From: Gemmatimonadales bacterium
GTDB taxonomy: Bacteria; Gemmatimonadota; Gemmatimonadetes; Gemmatimonadales; GWC2-71-9
Direction of reading: 5' to 3'
Assembly: GCA_044229245.1 (NCBI GenBank)
Contig: JBGATI010000017.1
Location: 16,830 to 80,829, forward strand
Length of the DNA: 64,000 bases
Numbering within the stretch: position 1 is the first letter of the stretch; each line of letters starts with the position of its first letter. The notes beneath the pieces are model-generated. The model searched no databases and was not told the origin of the DNA. It worked only from the letters and a program-made list of their open reading frames with translations. A program made the position numbers and the translations under genes. Of the stretch, positions 15,971 through 26,461 are shown piece after piece.

Positions 15971-17935
15971 TTATGGCGTGAATTGCGTCTTCTTTGGTTC
16001 AACCCGCATCACCCAGAGGCCGCTGTTGATGTCAGGCACGTACATGATGCCATTCTTGACCACCACGCCCCAGGCGAAGGGCACGTGCGGCTTGTGGCCC
16101 ATGGAGTCGGCGGTGAAGATCCAGCTGATCTCGCGGCCCTGACGCAGCAGGTCGCCCTTGAGCTCACCGGAGATGTCGAGCACCCGGGCCCCGCCCTGGT
16201 AATTGCCGAGATAGAGCGTGTCCCCCACCACCCAGACATTGTGCACGCCGCCGTCGGTCGGCTCGTACCAGGCGACCTCCTTCGGGTGCTCGATGTTCGA
16301 GACGTCGATCACGTGCAGCCGGCCCCAGGTCAGATTGTTGCCGTCCTTGAGCCCCTTCGCCTCCCGGGAGGCGTACACCTCGTCGCCGGCGAAGACGTAC
16401 TTGCCGGCGCGCCAGGCGGTGTGGGTGCCGCGGAAGCCGAGTCCGTAGAGCTGGTCCACCCGGGCATAGGTCTCGGAGAGGTTGTACTTGTACTGCGAGA
16501 CCAGCACCGGCTTCTCCGGCGTGCCCCCCTTCATGCCGTTGCCGACATCGAGGATGATCAGGCCGTCGTTCCAGTAGGCCAGATAGGCGAGACCGTCGAC
16601 CACCATGATGTCGTGCAGGTAGCGGCCCGCCTCGGTCTGCTCGGTCTGCCAGCGGCCGACTTCCTTCGGGTGAAACGGGTCCTCGATGCTGATGACCCGC
16701 ATCGAGCCGGTGGCGTCGTCGGTGATGTAGGCGTGACCCTTGTACACGTAGCTCGAGTGCACGCCGCCGGTGACGGTCTCGTTGTAGTCGGCGATGACCT
16801 TCGGATGGCAGGGGTCGCTGGCGTCGAAGACCTTGATGCCGTTCTTCCGGTTGGAGGCGCCCTCACGGGAGAAGACGCCGTACTTGCCGTCTTCCGTGGT
16901 CATGATGTCGTTGAGGATGCGGGCATCGGCCATCATCGAGTCGACGATAGCCGGGTTCGACGGGTCTTTGATGTCGACCACGTACGCCCGGTCGGCGATC
17001 GTGGTCATGTAGGCGCATTGCCCGGAGGGATGCACCCACACCTCGGCGGCGAGGTCCTTGATCGGCAGCCGGCCGAGCACTTCCATGCCGCGGGTGACCC
17101 GGCGGAGCGTCACGGTCACGACGAGGTCGGCGCTCTGCTTGCCGGCCTCGGCGGTGATGGTGTAGCGCCCCGGCTTCTCGGCGACGAAGGCGCCGTCGTT
17201 GTCGATCTGTGCGACGCCGTCGCCGCCGGCGACCGACCAGCGTGCGGCGAAGCCGGAGACCTTCTTCCCCGTCGGCGCGCGGCCGACGGCGGTGAAGCGG
17301 ACCACGTCTCCGGTCTTGACCCCCTGGCCCGCCGGCTCGATGTCGAGCCCGGTCAGGGTGTTCGGCACCACCTGCAGCGAGAGGGTGCTCTTCGCGGGGC
17401 CGGCCGTGCCGGTGATGGTCACCTTGCCGGGCGCGAGCGCCCGGAGACGACCGTCGCTCGTGATCGTCGCGACACGGGGATTGCTCGAGGTATAGCTGAT
17501 CGCGTCGTCGCGGGGATCGTTGTGGACGCTGTAGGCGGACCCCGCGATCGTGAGCCGGCTGCCGACGAGCACGTTGCCGCTGATGGGCACGAGGTCGATC
17601 CGCGCCGCGGCCTCGGGCGCGACTTCCGCCGTCGCGCGGCCGATCACCGGCTTGGTGTCCTTGGTGGACGCCACCGCGGTCACCAGCACCGTGCCACGAT
17701 AACCGGCGGTGAGCAGGCCGGTGGAATCGATATCACCCTGGCCGCCACCATCGAACCAGGAGATGCGCACATCGGGCACCGGCTGCCCCGCGGCGTCGAG
17801 CGCACGGGCGGAGAACTGCAGCTTCTGGCCGACCTGCAGCGAGGCCGTGGCCGGCGCGACCTCGACCCTGGCGATGGGCGAGGGCGCCTGCTGCTGCGGC
17901 TGCTGGACGAGCGCGAGGAGTAGAACTGGGAGCAT
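15971..17935 (-). CDS. Secreted protein: Big_2 Ig-like modules + LVIVD-repeat beta-propeller
   Basis: Signal-like N-terminus. Big_2 modules are present (LQVGQKLQFSARALDAAG). LVIVD repeats include GLAYLAYWNDGLIILDVGN, GGARVLDISG and GIMYVPDINSGLWVMRV. Confidence 0.8.
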   Translation of the reverse strand: MLPVLLLALVQQPQQQAPSPIARVEVAPATASLQVGQKLQFSARALDAAGQPVPDVRISWFDGGGQGDIDSTGLLTAGYRGTVLVTAVASTKDTKPVIGRATAEVAPEAAARIDLVPISGNVLVGSRLTIAGSAYSVHNDPRDDAISYTSSNPRVATITSDGRLRALAPGKVTITGTAGPAKSTLSLQVVPNTLTGLDIEPAGQGVKTGDVVRFTAVGRAPTGKKVSGFAARWSVAGGDGVAQIDNDGAFVAEKPGRYTITAEAGKQSADLVVTVTLRRVTRGMEVLGRLPIKDLAAEVWVHPSGQCAYMTTIADRAYVVDIKDPSNPAIVDSMMADARILNDIMTTEDGKYGVFSREGASNRKNGIKVFDASDPCHPKVIADYNETVTGGVHSSYVYKGHAYITDDATGSMRVISIEDPFHPKEVGRWQTEQTEAGRYLHDIMVVDGLAYLAYWNDGLIILDVGNGMKGGTPEKPVLVSQYKYNLSETYARVDQLYGLGFRGTHTAWRAGKYVFAGDEVYASREAKGLKDGNNLTWGRLHVIDVSNIEHPKEVAWYEPTDGGVHNVWVVGDTLYLGNYQGGARVLDISGELKGDLLRQGREISWIFTADSMGHKPHVPFAWGVVVKNGIMYVPDINSGLWVMRVEPKKTQFTP

Positions 17936-17945
17936 GGGATCTTGA

Positions 17946-18068
17946 GGGATGAGGGAAGGGGAAAGCGACGCTCCGCTGACCCTGAAGGCGACGAGGGAAT
18001 CTACTCCGGGGTTTCAGGAGCGCGAGGGCGCCTGGACCGACCCTGCGCCACTCCCCTTCCCTTATCCC
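17946..18068. repeat. 16-bp inverted repeat (GGGATGAGGGAAGGGG 17946-17961 / CCCCTTCCCTTATCCC 18053-18068, 15/16) bracketing a divergent promoter region
   Basis: Read directly from the sequence. It gives both divergent genes a CT-rich leader. Confidence 0.4.
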
Positions 18069-18116
18069 GCCCGCCTTCGGTTCCCTCCCATCGATTCTCT
18101 CTTATCTTTCCGCCCC

Positions 18117-19004
18117 ATGTCGACACCCCCTGCTTCCCAGATCACGCTCGGACTCATCCAGATGCGGATGAGCGCCGATCCCGAGGACAACTTCACCCGC
18201 GCCGTGGAGCGGATTCGCGACGCCGCGAAGCGCGGGGCGCAGGTGATCTGCCTGCCGGAGCTGTTCCGGAGCCCGTACTTCTGCCAGACCGAGGACCACG
18301 ACTTCTTCAAGCTGGCCGAGCCCATGCCCGGGCCGAGCACCGACCGGCTGGCGAAGCTCGCCGGCGAACTCGGCGTGGTGATCATCGCCTCCCTCTTCGA
18401 GAAGCGGGCCGAGGGGCTGTACCACAACACCACCGCGATCCTCGACGCCGACGGGAAATACCTCGGGAAGTACCGGAAGATGCACATCCCGGACGACCCG
18501 AACTACTACGAGAAGTTCTACTTCACGCCCGGCGACCTCGGCTACCGCTCCTGGGACACGAAGTTCGCCAAGGCCGGCGTGCTGATCTGCTGGGACCAGT
18601 GGTATCCGGAGGCGGCGCGACTCACCGCGCTCACCGGGGCACAGATCCTCTTCTATCCGACGGCGATCGGCTGGCTGGTGCCGGAGAAGGCGGAGTACGG
18701 CGCGGCACAGCAGGCATCGTGGGAAACGATCCAGCGGAGCCACGCGATCGCCAACGGCGTCTTCGTCGCGGCGGTGAACCGGGTGGGTGTCGAGAGCGGC
18801 CCGAATCAGGGCATCGAGTTCTGGGGTGGCAGCTTCGTCTGCGCCCCCAACGGCGAGATCCTCGCGAAGGCCGGCACCGGCGAAGAGACCCTGCTCGTGC
18901 CGATCGACACGAAGCGGGTGGACTTCTCCCGCACCCACTGGCCCTTCCTGCGCGACCGCCGGGTGGACAGCTACGGCGACCTCACGAAGCGCTACATCGA
19001 CTGA
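18117..19004 (+). CDS. aguB: N-carbamoylputrescine amidase (CN-hydrolase family)
   Basis: ITLGLIQM..., PELFRSPYFC, KYRKMHIPDDPNYYEKFYFTPGD and VLICWDQWYPE. The start is set at the ATG at 18117. Confidence 0.85.
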   Translation: MSTPPASQITLGLIQMRMSADPEDNFTRAVERIRDAAKRGAQVICLPELFRSPYFCQTEDHDFFKLAEPMPGPSTDRLAKLAGELGVVIIASLFEKRAEGLYHNTTAILDADGKYLGKYRKMHIPDDPNYYEKFYFTPGDLGYRSWDTKFAKAGVLICWDQWYPEAARLTALTGAQILFYPTAIGWLVPEKAEYGAAQQASWETIQRSHAIANGVFVAAVNRVGVESGPNQGIEFWGGSFVCAPNGEILAKAGTGEETLLVPIDTKRVDFSRTHWPFLRDRRVDSYGDLTKRYID

Positions 19005-20062
19005 TGGCTGATCCCACTCCCGCCTCACTCGGCTTCCGCATGCCGGCCGAGTGGGCGCCGCATCGTGGCACCTGGCTGAGCTGGCCGCATCGCGAGGAGT
19101 CCTGGCCCGAGCGCTTCGCGCCGGTGCCCGGTGCGTTCGTGGAGATCGTGCGCCAGCTCGTGCCGCACGAGGAGGTGCACATCAACGTCGTGAGCCCCGA
19201 GATGGCGGCGGACGTCCGGGCCCGGCTCGAGGCGGCGGGCGTGCCGTTGACGCGGGTCTTCCTGCACCAGAATCCCACCAACGATGCCTGGTGCCGCGAT
19301 CATGGCCCGGTCTTCGTCGAGCGGGAGACCGCGAGCGGCCGCCGCGAGCAGGCGATCGTGGACTGGGGCTACAACGCCTGGGGCGGCAAGTATCCGCCGT
19401 TCGACAAGGACGACGTCATCCCCACCCGGATCGCCGCGAAGTTCAAGCTGCGCGTCTTCCATCCGGGCATCGTCATGGAGGGCGGCAGCATCGACGTCAA
19501 CGGCAAGGGCACGCTGCTCACGACCGAGAGCTGCCTGCTCAATCCGAACCGCAATCCGTCGCTCTCGAAGCCGCAGATCGAGCGGTACCTCAAGGACTAC
19601 CTCGGCGTCACCAACATCCTCTGGCTGGGCGACGGCATCGAGGGCGACGACACCGACGGGCACGTGGATGATCTCACCCGCTTCGTGGACGAGAACAGCG
19701 TGGTGACCGTGGTCGAGGACGATCCCCGCGACACGAACTACCAGCCGCTCAAGGAGAACCTCGAGCGGCTGCGCCGCATGGCGGACCAGGACGGCCGCCC
19801 GCTCCGGGTCGTCACCCTGCCGATGCCGCCAGCGATGCACATCGGCGACCAGCGACTCCCGGCGAGCTACGCCAACTTCTACATCGCCAACGGCGTCGTG
19901 CTGCTGCCCGCCTATCATCCGCCGACCGACGAGATCGCGCGCGCGACGCTGCAGAAGTGTTTCCCCACCCGGCGCGTGGTTCCGGTGGATTCGAAGGATC
20001 TGGTATGGGGACTCGGCTCCTTCCACTGCGTGACCCAGCAATGGCCCGCGATCGCCTCGTGA
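19004..20062 (+). CDS. aguA: Agmatine deiminase
   Basis: The ATG overlaps the aguB TGA by 1 nt. MPAEWAPHRGTWLSWPH, NDAWCRDHGP and the C-terminal GSFHCVTQQWP (catalytic Cys motif). Confidence 0.85.
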   Translation: MADPTPASLGFRMPAEWAPHRGTWLSWPHREESWPERFAPVPGAFVEIVRQLVPHEEVHINVVSPEMAADVRARLEAAGVPLTRVFLHQNPTNDAWCRDHGPVFVERETASGRREQAIVDWGYNAWGGKYPPFDKDDVIPTRIAAKFKLRVFHPGIVMEGGSIDVNGKGTLLTTESCLLNPNRNPSLSKPQIERYLKDYLGVTNILWLGDGIEGDDTDGHVDDLTRFVDENSVVTVVEDDPRDTNYQPLKENLERLRRMADQDGRPLRVVTLPMPPAMHIGDQRLPASYANFYIANGVVLLPAYHPPTDEIARATLQKCFPTRRVVPVDSKDLVWGLGSFHCVTQQWPAIAS

Positions 20063-20083
20063 ACGGCGCTTCATGAGTCAGGC

Positions 20084-20120
20084 ATCGGGGGCCTCACCGG
20101 AATCCGGCGGGGCCCCCGAT
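20084..20120 (+). terminator. Hairpin after aguA (ATCGGGGGCC N17 GGCCCCCGAT)
   Basis: Perfect 10-bp GC-rich stem 22 nt after the stop. The loop is itself partly self-complementary. The T-tract is poor. Confidence 0.5.
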
Positions 20121-20175
20121 TGACTCTCGTCCACTTCCGGCCGATATAGCAGGGACACCCCAGCCCCGAGCCTCC

Positions 20176-21072
20176 ATGCGTCGCCTCATCGCCGGCAGCG
20201 CCCTGCTGCTGACTCTGTCCGTTGTCGCGCCCGCCGCCGCCCAGAACTACAGCGGCACCTACCTCCTGCAGGCGCCCAATGGCGGCACCATCACCCTCAC
20301 GCTGCGCCAGGACGCCGGGGGCAAGGCCGCCGGCACGATGAGCGGCAACGGCGCGAGCTTCCAGCTCAGCGGCCAGTTGCAGGGCCCCGAGCTGGTGGGC
20401 CAGGTGGCCGGCGGCGGAAACACCGCGTGGTTCGAGGCGAGCCTCGATGGCACTGAGCTGCACCTGATCGTGGCCGATGTCGGCGCCAACGGGCAGCCCG
20501 ACCTCGAGAAGGCGCGGGAGATCGTCTTCACCCGTTCCGGCACCGCGATGGCAGCGCCCGCCCAGCCGCAGCGCGGCAGCCCCGCGCCGCCACCGGCTCC
20601 GGCACCACGCACCCCCGCGACACCGCGCGCGGCACCCCGCGCGGCACCCCGCGCGCAGGCCGCGGCGCCGGCCCAGCCGCCCCAGACGGCGGGCACTCCG
20701 CAGGATCAGCAGCTCCGCGACTTTCTGCTGAGCTCCGCCTGGTGCAGCTTCTCCTACAGTCAGACCAGCGGCTCCACCAGCACCAGCCGCAACGTCTTCC
20801 TTGCGAATGGCATCCTGATGATCGGGACCAATTACGAGGGGGGCACGACCAACCAGAACGGCGGCGGCAATGTCGATCTGGGTGGGGGTGCCTCGGGGAG
20901 CTACTACAGCCAGAGCCAGGGGGGACAGCAGGCGCGGTGGATGGTGCAGGGCGGCCAGCTCTACGTCGATCTCGGCCAGGGGATGCAGCCGGTGCCGATG
21001 CAGGTCACCCGCAATTCGAACGGCTATCCGATCATCACCACCGGCGGCAAGGAATACAGTCAGTGTCGCTGA
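20176..21072 (+). CDS. Secreted two-domain protein with a Pro/Ala-rich linker, unknown function
   Basis: Signal peptide ending AAAQ. The linker APAQPQRGSPAPPPAPAPRTPATPRAAPRAAPRAQAAAPAQPPQ contains a 12-bp tandem duplication. Confidence 0.75.
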   Translation: MRRLIAGSALLLTLSVVAPAAAQNYSGTYLLQAPNGGTITLTLRQDAGGKAAGTMSGNGASFQLSGQLQGPELVGQVAGGGNTAWFEASLDGTELHLIVADVGANGQPDLEKAREIVFTRSGTAMAAPAQPQRGSPAPPPAPAPRTPATPRAAPRAAPRAQAAAPAQPPQTAGTPQDQQLRDFLLSSAWCSFSYSQTSGSTSTSRNVFLANGILMIGTNYEGGTTNQNGGGNVDLGGGASGSYYSQSQGGQQARWMVQGGQLYVDLGQGMQPVPMQVTRNSNGYPIITTGGKEYSQCR

Positions 21073-21161
21073 ACTGAGCACCGCCGCCGGGCAGTTCCGA
21101 TCATGCAGGGGAGTGGCTACCCTTCCGCACCGGGTACTCACTCCCCTCACTTCCCTCTCCG

Positions 21162-21581
21162 ATGCCGTTTCCCGTCTTCTCCGACGATTGGGCGACCGCC
21201 TGCGCGGACGTCATCAACAAGAGCAGCGCCTACCGCGCCGCGGCCGCGACCTGGGAGGGCGCCCTCGTCCTCCTGATGACGCCGGACACGGTGCCCGGCG
21301 AGGAACGCCGGGTCTACCTGGACCTCTGGCACGGGGACTGTCGCGCCGCCCGTGCCGCCCAGCTCGAGGACGAGACCAGCGCGCGCTACGTGCTTGCCGG
21401 CTCCGCGTCGGCCTGGCGCCTGGTGCTCACCGGCAGGACCGCGCCGCTCCTCGCGATCATGACGGGCAAGCTCAAGCTCGCCAAGGGATCGCTCGCGGAG
21501 CTGCTCCCCTACACCGGCGCGGCGAAGGAGCTGGTCACCGCCGCCTCGGCCATCGAGGCGATCTTCCCCGGCACCGACTGA
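21162..21581 (+). CDS. SCP2 (sterol-carrier-like) domain protein
   Basis: LAIMTGKLKLAKGSLAELLPY is the typical SCP2 C-terminal motif. Confidence 0.7.
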   Translation: MPFPVFSDDWATACADVINKSSAYRAAAATWEGALVLLMTPDTVPGEERRVYLDLWHGDCRAARAAQLEDETSARYVLAGSASAWRLVLTGRTAPLLAIMTGKLKLAKGSLAELLPYTGAAKELVTAASAIEAIFPGTD

Positions 21582-21599
21582 TCCCGCGAGCCCCGAGGT

Positions 21600-22112
21600 T
21601 CAGGGTTTCGCGGGCTTCCGGTCGACGCGCCACTCCCCGGAGTCGGGGGGCCCGCCCTGCTGGCGGTAGGCGCGATACCGGCCCTTCAGCGTGTTGCCCT
21701 TGAGCGTGCCGCGGAAGATCGTGACCTTGCGGCAGTCGCATATCGGATCGTAGTAGCTCTCCACCTCGCCCGAGACCTCGCCGTTCTCCACCCGCACGAA
21801 CTTGATCACCAGCGGCTTGGGGATGCCCGCGTCGGGGACCTCGCCCGGACGGCCGTCCCGCGCCTGCACCGGGCGATCCCACCCCTGCGGAATCATCACC
21901 GCCTCGCCGAAGGCGGTGTCGTGCTGCGCCTGGAGATGGAAGTCGATCGAGCCCCGGCGCACTCCGTCGTCGGACTCGTAGGTCCCGTCCCACTCCCCGG
22001 CGATCAGTGCGATTTCGGCCGGATCCCCGCGAACCGGGATGGGTTGTGCCGGCGACCCGCCGCAGGCGGCAACGAACGGAACCAGCATCGTCCAGCAGAG
22101 GGCGCGTCGCAT
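21600..22112 (-). CDS. Small lipoprotein, unknown function
   Basis: GAGGAG precedes the ATG at 22112. Lipobox FVAAC. Only the last 171 codons of the listed 543-aa ORF are credited. Confidence 0.75.
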   Translation of the reverse strand: MRRALCWTMLVPFVAACGGSPAQPIPVRGDPAEIALIAGEWDGTYESDDGVRRGSIDFHLQAQHDTAFGEAVMIPQGWDRPVQARDGRPGEVPDAGIPKPLVIKFVRVENGEVSGEVESYYDPICDCRKVTIFRGTLKGNTLKGRYRAYRQQGGPPDSGEWRVDRKPAKP

Positions 22113-22253
22113 GGGGTACTCCTCATTCGATGTGCTGCAACTTTGCAGGCGTGGCGTGAAGGATAGCTGAACGGGGGCGGTTGGCTTGCTCATCCCCCCT
22201 GAATCGGGACTCGGGCATTCAAGCAACTCGTTCCCGGCGCCGACATTACGGAC

Positions 22254-23975
22254 ATGGCCTTTCAGCCGTTTCCCGCCAGCTCCCGGGGTCGCCGAGTCGC
22301 CCTCCTGGGCGCCACTGTCGTGGTGCTCGCGACGCTCTTCACGCTGGAGCGGCTCCTGGCGGCGAGGGCGGCGCACGCCACCCTCTCGCTGCCACGGCTC
22401 TATCTCGAGGAGGCGGGGCGGTGGGCGCTCTGGCTCAGCCTGCTCCCCTGGCTCGGCCGGGTGGGGCGGAACCTCCGTATGCCGCGTTTTCAGACTGCGG
22501 GGGCCGCGGTGCTGCACCTGGTCGCCGCGCTGCTGCTCGCGACGGCCCATCTCGGCGCCCTCGGCCTGATCACGCACGTCACCCTGGTGCCGGGCGCAGT
22601 GGCCGCGCCGATGCCGGAGGTGGTCCCCCATCTCGCGGCCAATCTGCTCCGGAGCCTGCTCGAGTTCCTCGGTGTCGCGGGAGTCTTCCACACCCTGAGC
22701 CACATCTCGGAGCTGAAGCTGGCGGAGGAGGCGCTCCGCAAGAGCCAGGAGCAGCTCTTCCAGGCCCAGAAGATGGAGGCCGTGGGACGGCTGGCCGGCG
22801 GCGTGGCGCACGACTTCAACAACCTGCTGACGGTCATCGGCAACTACACCGCGCTGGTCATCGACGAGATGCCGGAGAGCGATCCGCGGCGCGCCGATCT
22901 CCAGGAGGTGCACAAGGCGAGCGAGCGGGCCTCGCGCCTGACACGGCAGCTCCTCGCGTTCAGCCGGCGGCAGATGATGCAGCCGCGGCCGATCGACCTG
23001 AACGCCGTCGTCGCCGACATGGCGGGGATGCTCCGGCGGCTGATCGGCGAGAACGTCCACCTGGTGGCGAATGCGCGGACCGGCGTCGGCCTCGCCCTGG
23101 CGGACCCGGTGCAGGTGGAGCAGATCCTGCTCAACCTCGTGGTCAACGCCCGCGACGCGATCGACGGGCACGGCACCATCTCGCTGGAGATCGGCAACGC
23201 CGACCTCGATCACGAGTTCGCCCGGCTGCACGAGGGGTCACGCCCGGGCTCCTACGTGATGCTCGCGGTGAGCGACACCGGGGTCGGCATGGACCGGGAC
23301 ACCCAGCGCCGGATCTTCGAGCCGTTCTTCACCACCAAGGAGATGGGCAAGGGCACGGGGCTCGGCCTCTCGACGGTCTACGGCATCGTGAAGCAGAGCG
23401 GCGGCTACGTCGCGGTCTACAGCGAGCCGGGCCAGGGCAGCGTCTTCCGGGTCTACCTGCCGCGGGCCGGGGTGGAGCAGCCGACGCCGCTCATCCCGGC
23501 GCGCGGCGTGCCGATCGCCTCGAGCGGCACCGGCACGGTGCTCCTCGTCGAGGACGAGCGCAACGTGCGCGAGCTGGTGCGCAAGGTGCTGCTGCGACAC
23601 GGCTACGAGGTCCTCTCCGCGGAGAACGGCCAGGTCGCGCTCGATCTCCTCGCGCGGAATCCGGTTCCGCTGCATCTGGTGCTGACCGACGTGATCATGC
23701 CCCATGTCTCGGGGCGCGAACTGGTCCAGCGGATCCGCGCCGCCCATCCGGGCGTCAAGGTGATCTACATGTCGGGCTACGCCGACCAGGCGCTGAGCGA
23801 CCGCGCCGCGCTCGGCCCCGACGTCGCCTTCCTGCCGAAACCCTTCGCGACCCGCGAGCTGCTCAAGACGGTGCGCGACGCGCTCGCCGATCTGTCGATG
23901 GGCGGAGCGCCCGACCAGATCCCCCCGCTGCCACCGAGCAGCTTCACCCAGGCGGCGGCCCAGCCCCCCATATGA
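22254..23975 (+). CDS. Hybrid sensor histidine kinase / response regulator with a polytopic N-terminal sensor
   Basis: Multiple N-terminal TM helices. The H-box is [14 protein letters not shown], with HATPase G-boxes (DTGVGM, GTGLGLS). The C-terminal REC domain contains LVLTDVIMP. Confidence 0.85.
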   Translation: MAFQPFPASSRGRRVALLGATVVVLATLFTLERLLAARAAHATLSLPRLYLEEAGRWALWLSLLPWLGRVGRNLRMPRFQTAGAAVLHLVAALLLATAHLGALGLITHVTLVPGAVAAPMPEVVPHLAANLLRSLLEFLGVAGVFHTLSHISELKLAEEALRKSQEQLFQAQKMEAVGRLAGGVAHDFNNLLTVIGNYTALVIDEMPESDPRRADLQEVHKASERASRLTRQLLAFSRRQMMQPRPIDLNAVVADMAGMLRRLIGENVHLVANARTGVGLALADPVQVEQILLNLVVNARDAIDGHGTISLEIGNADLDHEFARLHEGSRPGSYVMLAVSDTGVGMDRDTQRRIFEPFFTTKEMGKGTGLGLSTVYGIVKQSGGYVAVYSEPGQGSVFRVYLPRAGVEQPTPLIPARGVPIASSGTGTVLLVEDERNVRELVRKVLLRHGYEVLSAENGQVALDLLARNPVPLHLVLTDVIMPHVSGRELVQRIRAAHPGVKVIYMSGYADQALSDRAALGPDVAFLPKPFATRELLKTVRDALADLSMGGAPDQIPPLPPSSFTQAAAQPPI

Positions 23976-23977
23976 CG

Positions 23978-24008
23978 GAACGGGCGACCAGTGACTGGTC
24001 GCCCGTTC
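23978..24008. terminator. Bidirectional terminator hairpin between convergent genes
   Basis: GAACGGGCGACCAG TGA CTGGTCGCCCGTTC is a perfect 14-bp stem with a 3-nt loop, followed by TTCGTT. Confidence 0.7.
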
Positions 24009-24036
24009 TTCGTTGCCGGCCCTGCGCTCGCGCGGA

Positions 24037-26181
24037 CTACTTCAGGAACAGCAGATCGCGATAGGTGGGCAGCGGCCAGAGGTCGGCCGCGACCTGGGTC
24101 TCGATCGCGTCGGCGTAGGTGCGCAGCTCCGACATCGCCGGCTTCACCTTGTCCCGGATCCAGGTGGCGTGGCGCACCGGGTCCTCGTCGTGGTGAGCGA
24201 CGACCTTCTCGAGGGTGCCGAGCGCCTCGCGGAAGCGGGAGACCAGGTTCACGAACTCGCCCAGTGCCGCCAGCGTGTCGTTGCACTTCACCCCGGCAGC
24301 CTCGGTGGTCGCCACCGCGCCGGCGATCCGCGACTGGTTCTGAAGCGCGGCGGGAAGGATCTGGGTCCGGCCGATGGTGATCATCGTCTCGGCCTCGATC
24401 GTGAGCTGCTTGATGTACTTCTCGTACGAGATCGCGGTGCGCGAATCGAACTCGGACTTGTTGAGCACATTGTACTTCTTGAACAGCTCGACGTTCTTCC
24501 GGGCCTTGAGGGCGCCGAGCGCGTCGACGGTGTCGCGCAGGTGGGGCAGGCCGCGCTTGTCGGCCTCCTCGTGCCACTCGCTCGAGTAGCCGTCGCCGCC
24601 GAAGATCACCCGCTTGTGCTGCTTCACCAGCTTCTTGAGCAGCGCCATGGCGCTCGACTGCACCTTGGCCGGCGACGGGTTCTTGCCGACCGCCCGCTCC
24701 AGCTCGGTGGCGACGTAATCGAGCGACTCGGCCGCGATGGTGTTGAGCACCGTGTTCGGCCAGGCGATCGACTGGCTCGAGCCGACGGCGCGGAACTCAA
24801 ACTTGTTGCCGGTGAACGCAAACGGCGAGGTCCGGTTGCGGTCGCCGCTGTGCCGCGGCAGCATCGGCAGGGTACGGGCGCCGAGATCGATGGTGCCACC
24901 CTTGAGGGTCCGCTTGAGCTGCCCCTTCTCGACCTGGTCGAGAATGTCCTGCAGCATGTCGCCGAGGAAGATCGAGATGATCGCTGGCGGGGCCTCGTTC
25001 GCGCCGAGGCGGTGGTCATTGCCGGCGGCGGCGATGGAGGCGCGGAGCAGATCGGCGTGGACGTCCACCGCGCGAATGACGGCGCAGAGGAAGACCAGGA
25101 ACTGCATGTTGGTGTGGGTCTCGTCCTGGGGATCGAGCAGGTTGTGGCCCGCGTCGGTGGACATCGACCAGTTGTTGTGCTTGCCCGAGCCGTTCACGCC
25201 GGCGAAGGGCTTCTCGTGCAGCAGGGCGACGAGGCCGTGCCGGATGGCGACCCGCTTCAGGGTCTCCATGGTGAGCATCTGGTGGTCGCTCGCGAGCTGA
25301 CTCATCTCGAAGAGCGGCGCGATCTCGTACTGGCCCGGCGCGACTTCGTTGTGCCGGGTCTTCACCGGCACGCCCAGGGCGTAGAGTTCCCGCTCCGACT
25401 CGGCCATGAACGCCAGGACCCGGGCGGGGATGGTGCCGAAGTAGTGGTCCTCGAGCTGCTGCCCCTTGGGCGGCTTGGCGCCGAAGAGCGAGCGCTCCGC
25501 AATCACCAGGTCGGGCCGCTTGAAGTACAGCTCGCGATCGACGAGGAAGTATTCCTGCTCGGGACCGACCGTCGTGAAGACGCGGGTCACGCCCTTGTCG
25601 GTGCCGAAGATCTTCAGGATGCGCAGCGCCTGGTGGGAGAGCGCCTCCATGGAGCGGAGGAGCGGGATCTTGGTATCGAGCGCCTCGCCGGTCCAGCTGA
25701 CGAAAGCGGTCGGGATGACGAGGGTGACGTTGTTCGAGCCGCGGATCAGGAAGGCCGGGCTGGTCACGTCCCAGGCGGTGTAGCCGCGGGCCTCGAAGGT
25801 CGCGCGGAGGCCGCCGGAGGGGAAGCTCGAGGCGTCCGGCTCGCTCTGGATCAGCTCGGAGCCGGAGAAGTTGAAGATCACCCCGCCCGTGCCGTCCGGG
25901 GCGATCAGCGAATCGTGCTTCTCCGCGGTGGAGCCGGTCAGCGGCTGGAACCAGTGGGTATAGTGCGTCGCGCCGTTCTCGATCGCCCAGTCCTTCATGG
26001 CGGCCGCCACCACATCGGCGACGGAATGATCGAGCGCCTCGCCCAGATCGATGGTCCGGATCAGGCGCTTGAAGACGTCCTTCGGGAGCCGCTGGCGCAT
26101 CACGGCCCGCGTGAAGACATCGCGGTTGAAGAGCGCGTCGATGGATTCGAGCTGGCCGCTCGTCGCTGCTGGGGAGGTCAC
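24037..26181 (-). CDS. glnN: Glutamine synthetase type III
   Basis: 714 aa. N-terminus [23 protein letters not shown] and [24 protein letters not shown] are typical of GS-III. GTG start. Confidence 0.9.
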   Translation of the reverse strand: MTSPAATSGQLESIDALFNRDVFTRAVMRQRLPKDVFKRLIRTIDLGEALDHSVADVVAAAMKDWAIENGATHYTHWFQPLTGSTAEKHDSLIAPDGTGGVIFNFSGSELIQSEPDASSFPSGGLRATFEARGYTAWDVTSPAFLIRGSNNVTLVIPTAFVSWTGEALDTKIPLLRSMEALSHQALRILKIFGTDKGVTRVFTTVGPEQEYFLVDRELYFKRPDLVIAERSLFGAKPPKGQQLEDHYFGTIPARVLAFMAESERELYALGVPVKTRHNEVAPGQYEIAPLFEMSQLASDHQMLTMETLKRVAIRHGLVALLHEKPFAGVNGSGKHNNWSMSTDAGHNLLDPQDETHTNMQFLVFLCAVIRAVDVHADLLRASIAAAGNDHRLGANEAPPAIISIFLGDMLQDILDQVEKGQLKRTLKGGTIDLGARTLPMLPRHSGDRNRTSPFAFTGNKFEFRAVGSSQSIAWPNTVLNTIAAESLDYVATELERAVGKNPSPAKVQSSAMALLKKLVKQHKRVIFGGDGYSSEWHEEADKRGLPHLRDTVDALGALKARKNVELFKKYNVLNKSEFDSRTAISYEKYIKQLTIEAETMITIGRTQILPAALQNQSRIAGAVATTEAAGVKCNDTLAALGEFVNLVSRFREALGTLEKVVAHHDEDPVRHATWIRDKVKPAMSELRTYADAIETQVAADLWPLPTYRDLLFLK

Positions 26182-26255
26182 CGGGGAAGCCCTCAGGATG
26201 AATGGGCGCCAAGCGCCCCTCCGCCCCTCGGGATTCCGTCCGGAACCGCGCCAGT

Positions 26256-26450
26256 TCAGCGGTCCCCGCGGCTCGCCTTCCGGCGCCGACGGCGCTTGGC
26301 CTCGGCCTGCTTGAGCGCCTTGGCGACGCTCGGCTTCACGTAATAACGACGGCGACGGACCTCACGCAGGATGCCCGACTTCGCCAGCTTCCGCCGAAAG
26401 GCCTTCAGGGCCCAGTCGAGGCGGTCATCTTCACCGAGAACGATTTCCAT
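26256..26450 (-). CDS. rpsU: 30S ribosomal protein S21
   Basis: 64 aa. [33 protein letters not shown]. Confidence 0.9.
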   Translation of the reverse strand: MEIVLGEDDRLDWALKAFRRKLAKSGILREVRRRRYYVKPSVAKALKQAEAKRRRRRKASRGDR

Positions 26451-26461
26451 GAGTCTGTCGC

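Noticed and set aside
15758-17923. 721-aa plus-strand ORF
   Set aside because: It is antisense to the LVIVD-propeller gene. The same reasoning applies to 31029..33092 (antisense to the TBDR), 38911..40974, 47670..49460, 49629..51215, 54478..55722 and 8870..10522.
17942-20062. 706-aa ORF that looks like a fused AguB-AguA protein
   Set aside because: Its first ~350 residues are an out-of-frame read through aguB, which lies in the 17949 frame with clear CN-hydrolase motifs. Only the part from the ATG at 19004 is agmatine deiminase.
20629-20652. 12-bp tandem duplication GCGGCACCCCGC x2
   Set aside because: It lies inside the Pro/Ala-rich linker of a secreted protein (PRAAPRAAPRA). This is ordinary linker-length slippage, not a separate feature.
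21600-23231. 543-aa minus-strand ORF
   Set aside because: Upstream of codon ~373 it is antisense to the hybrid histidine kinase. Only the terminal 171 codons (lipoprotein with RBS and lipobox) are credible.
26182-26255. Sigma-54 (-24/-12) promoter upstream of the GS-III gene
   Set aside because: TGGCGC-like strings are present, but no properly spaced TTGC -12 element exists. A small GGGCGC TTG GCGCCC hairpin there is more simply the rpsU terminator.
24013-26343. 776-aa plus-strand ORF
   Set aside because: It is antisense to the type III glutamine synthetase gene and shows no recognisable motifs. It is a high-GC shadow ORF.
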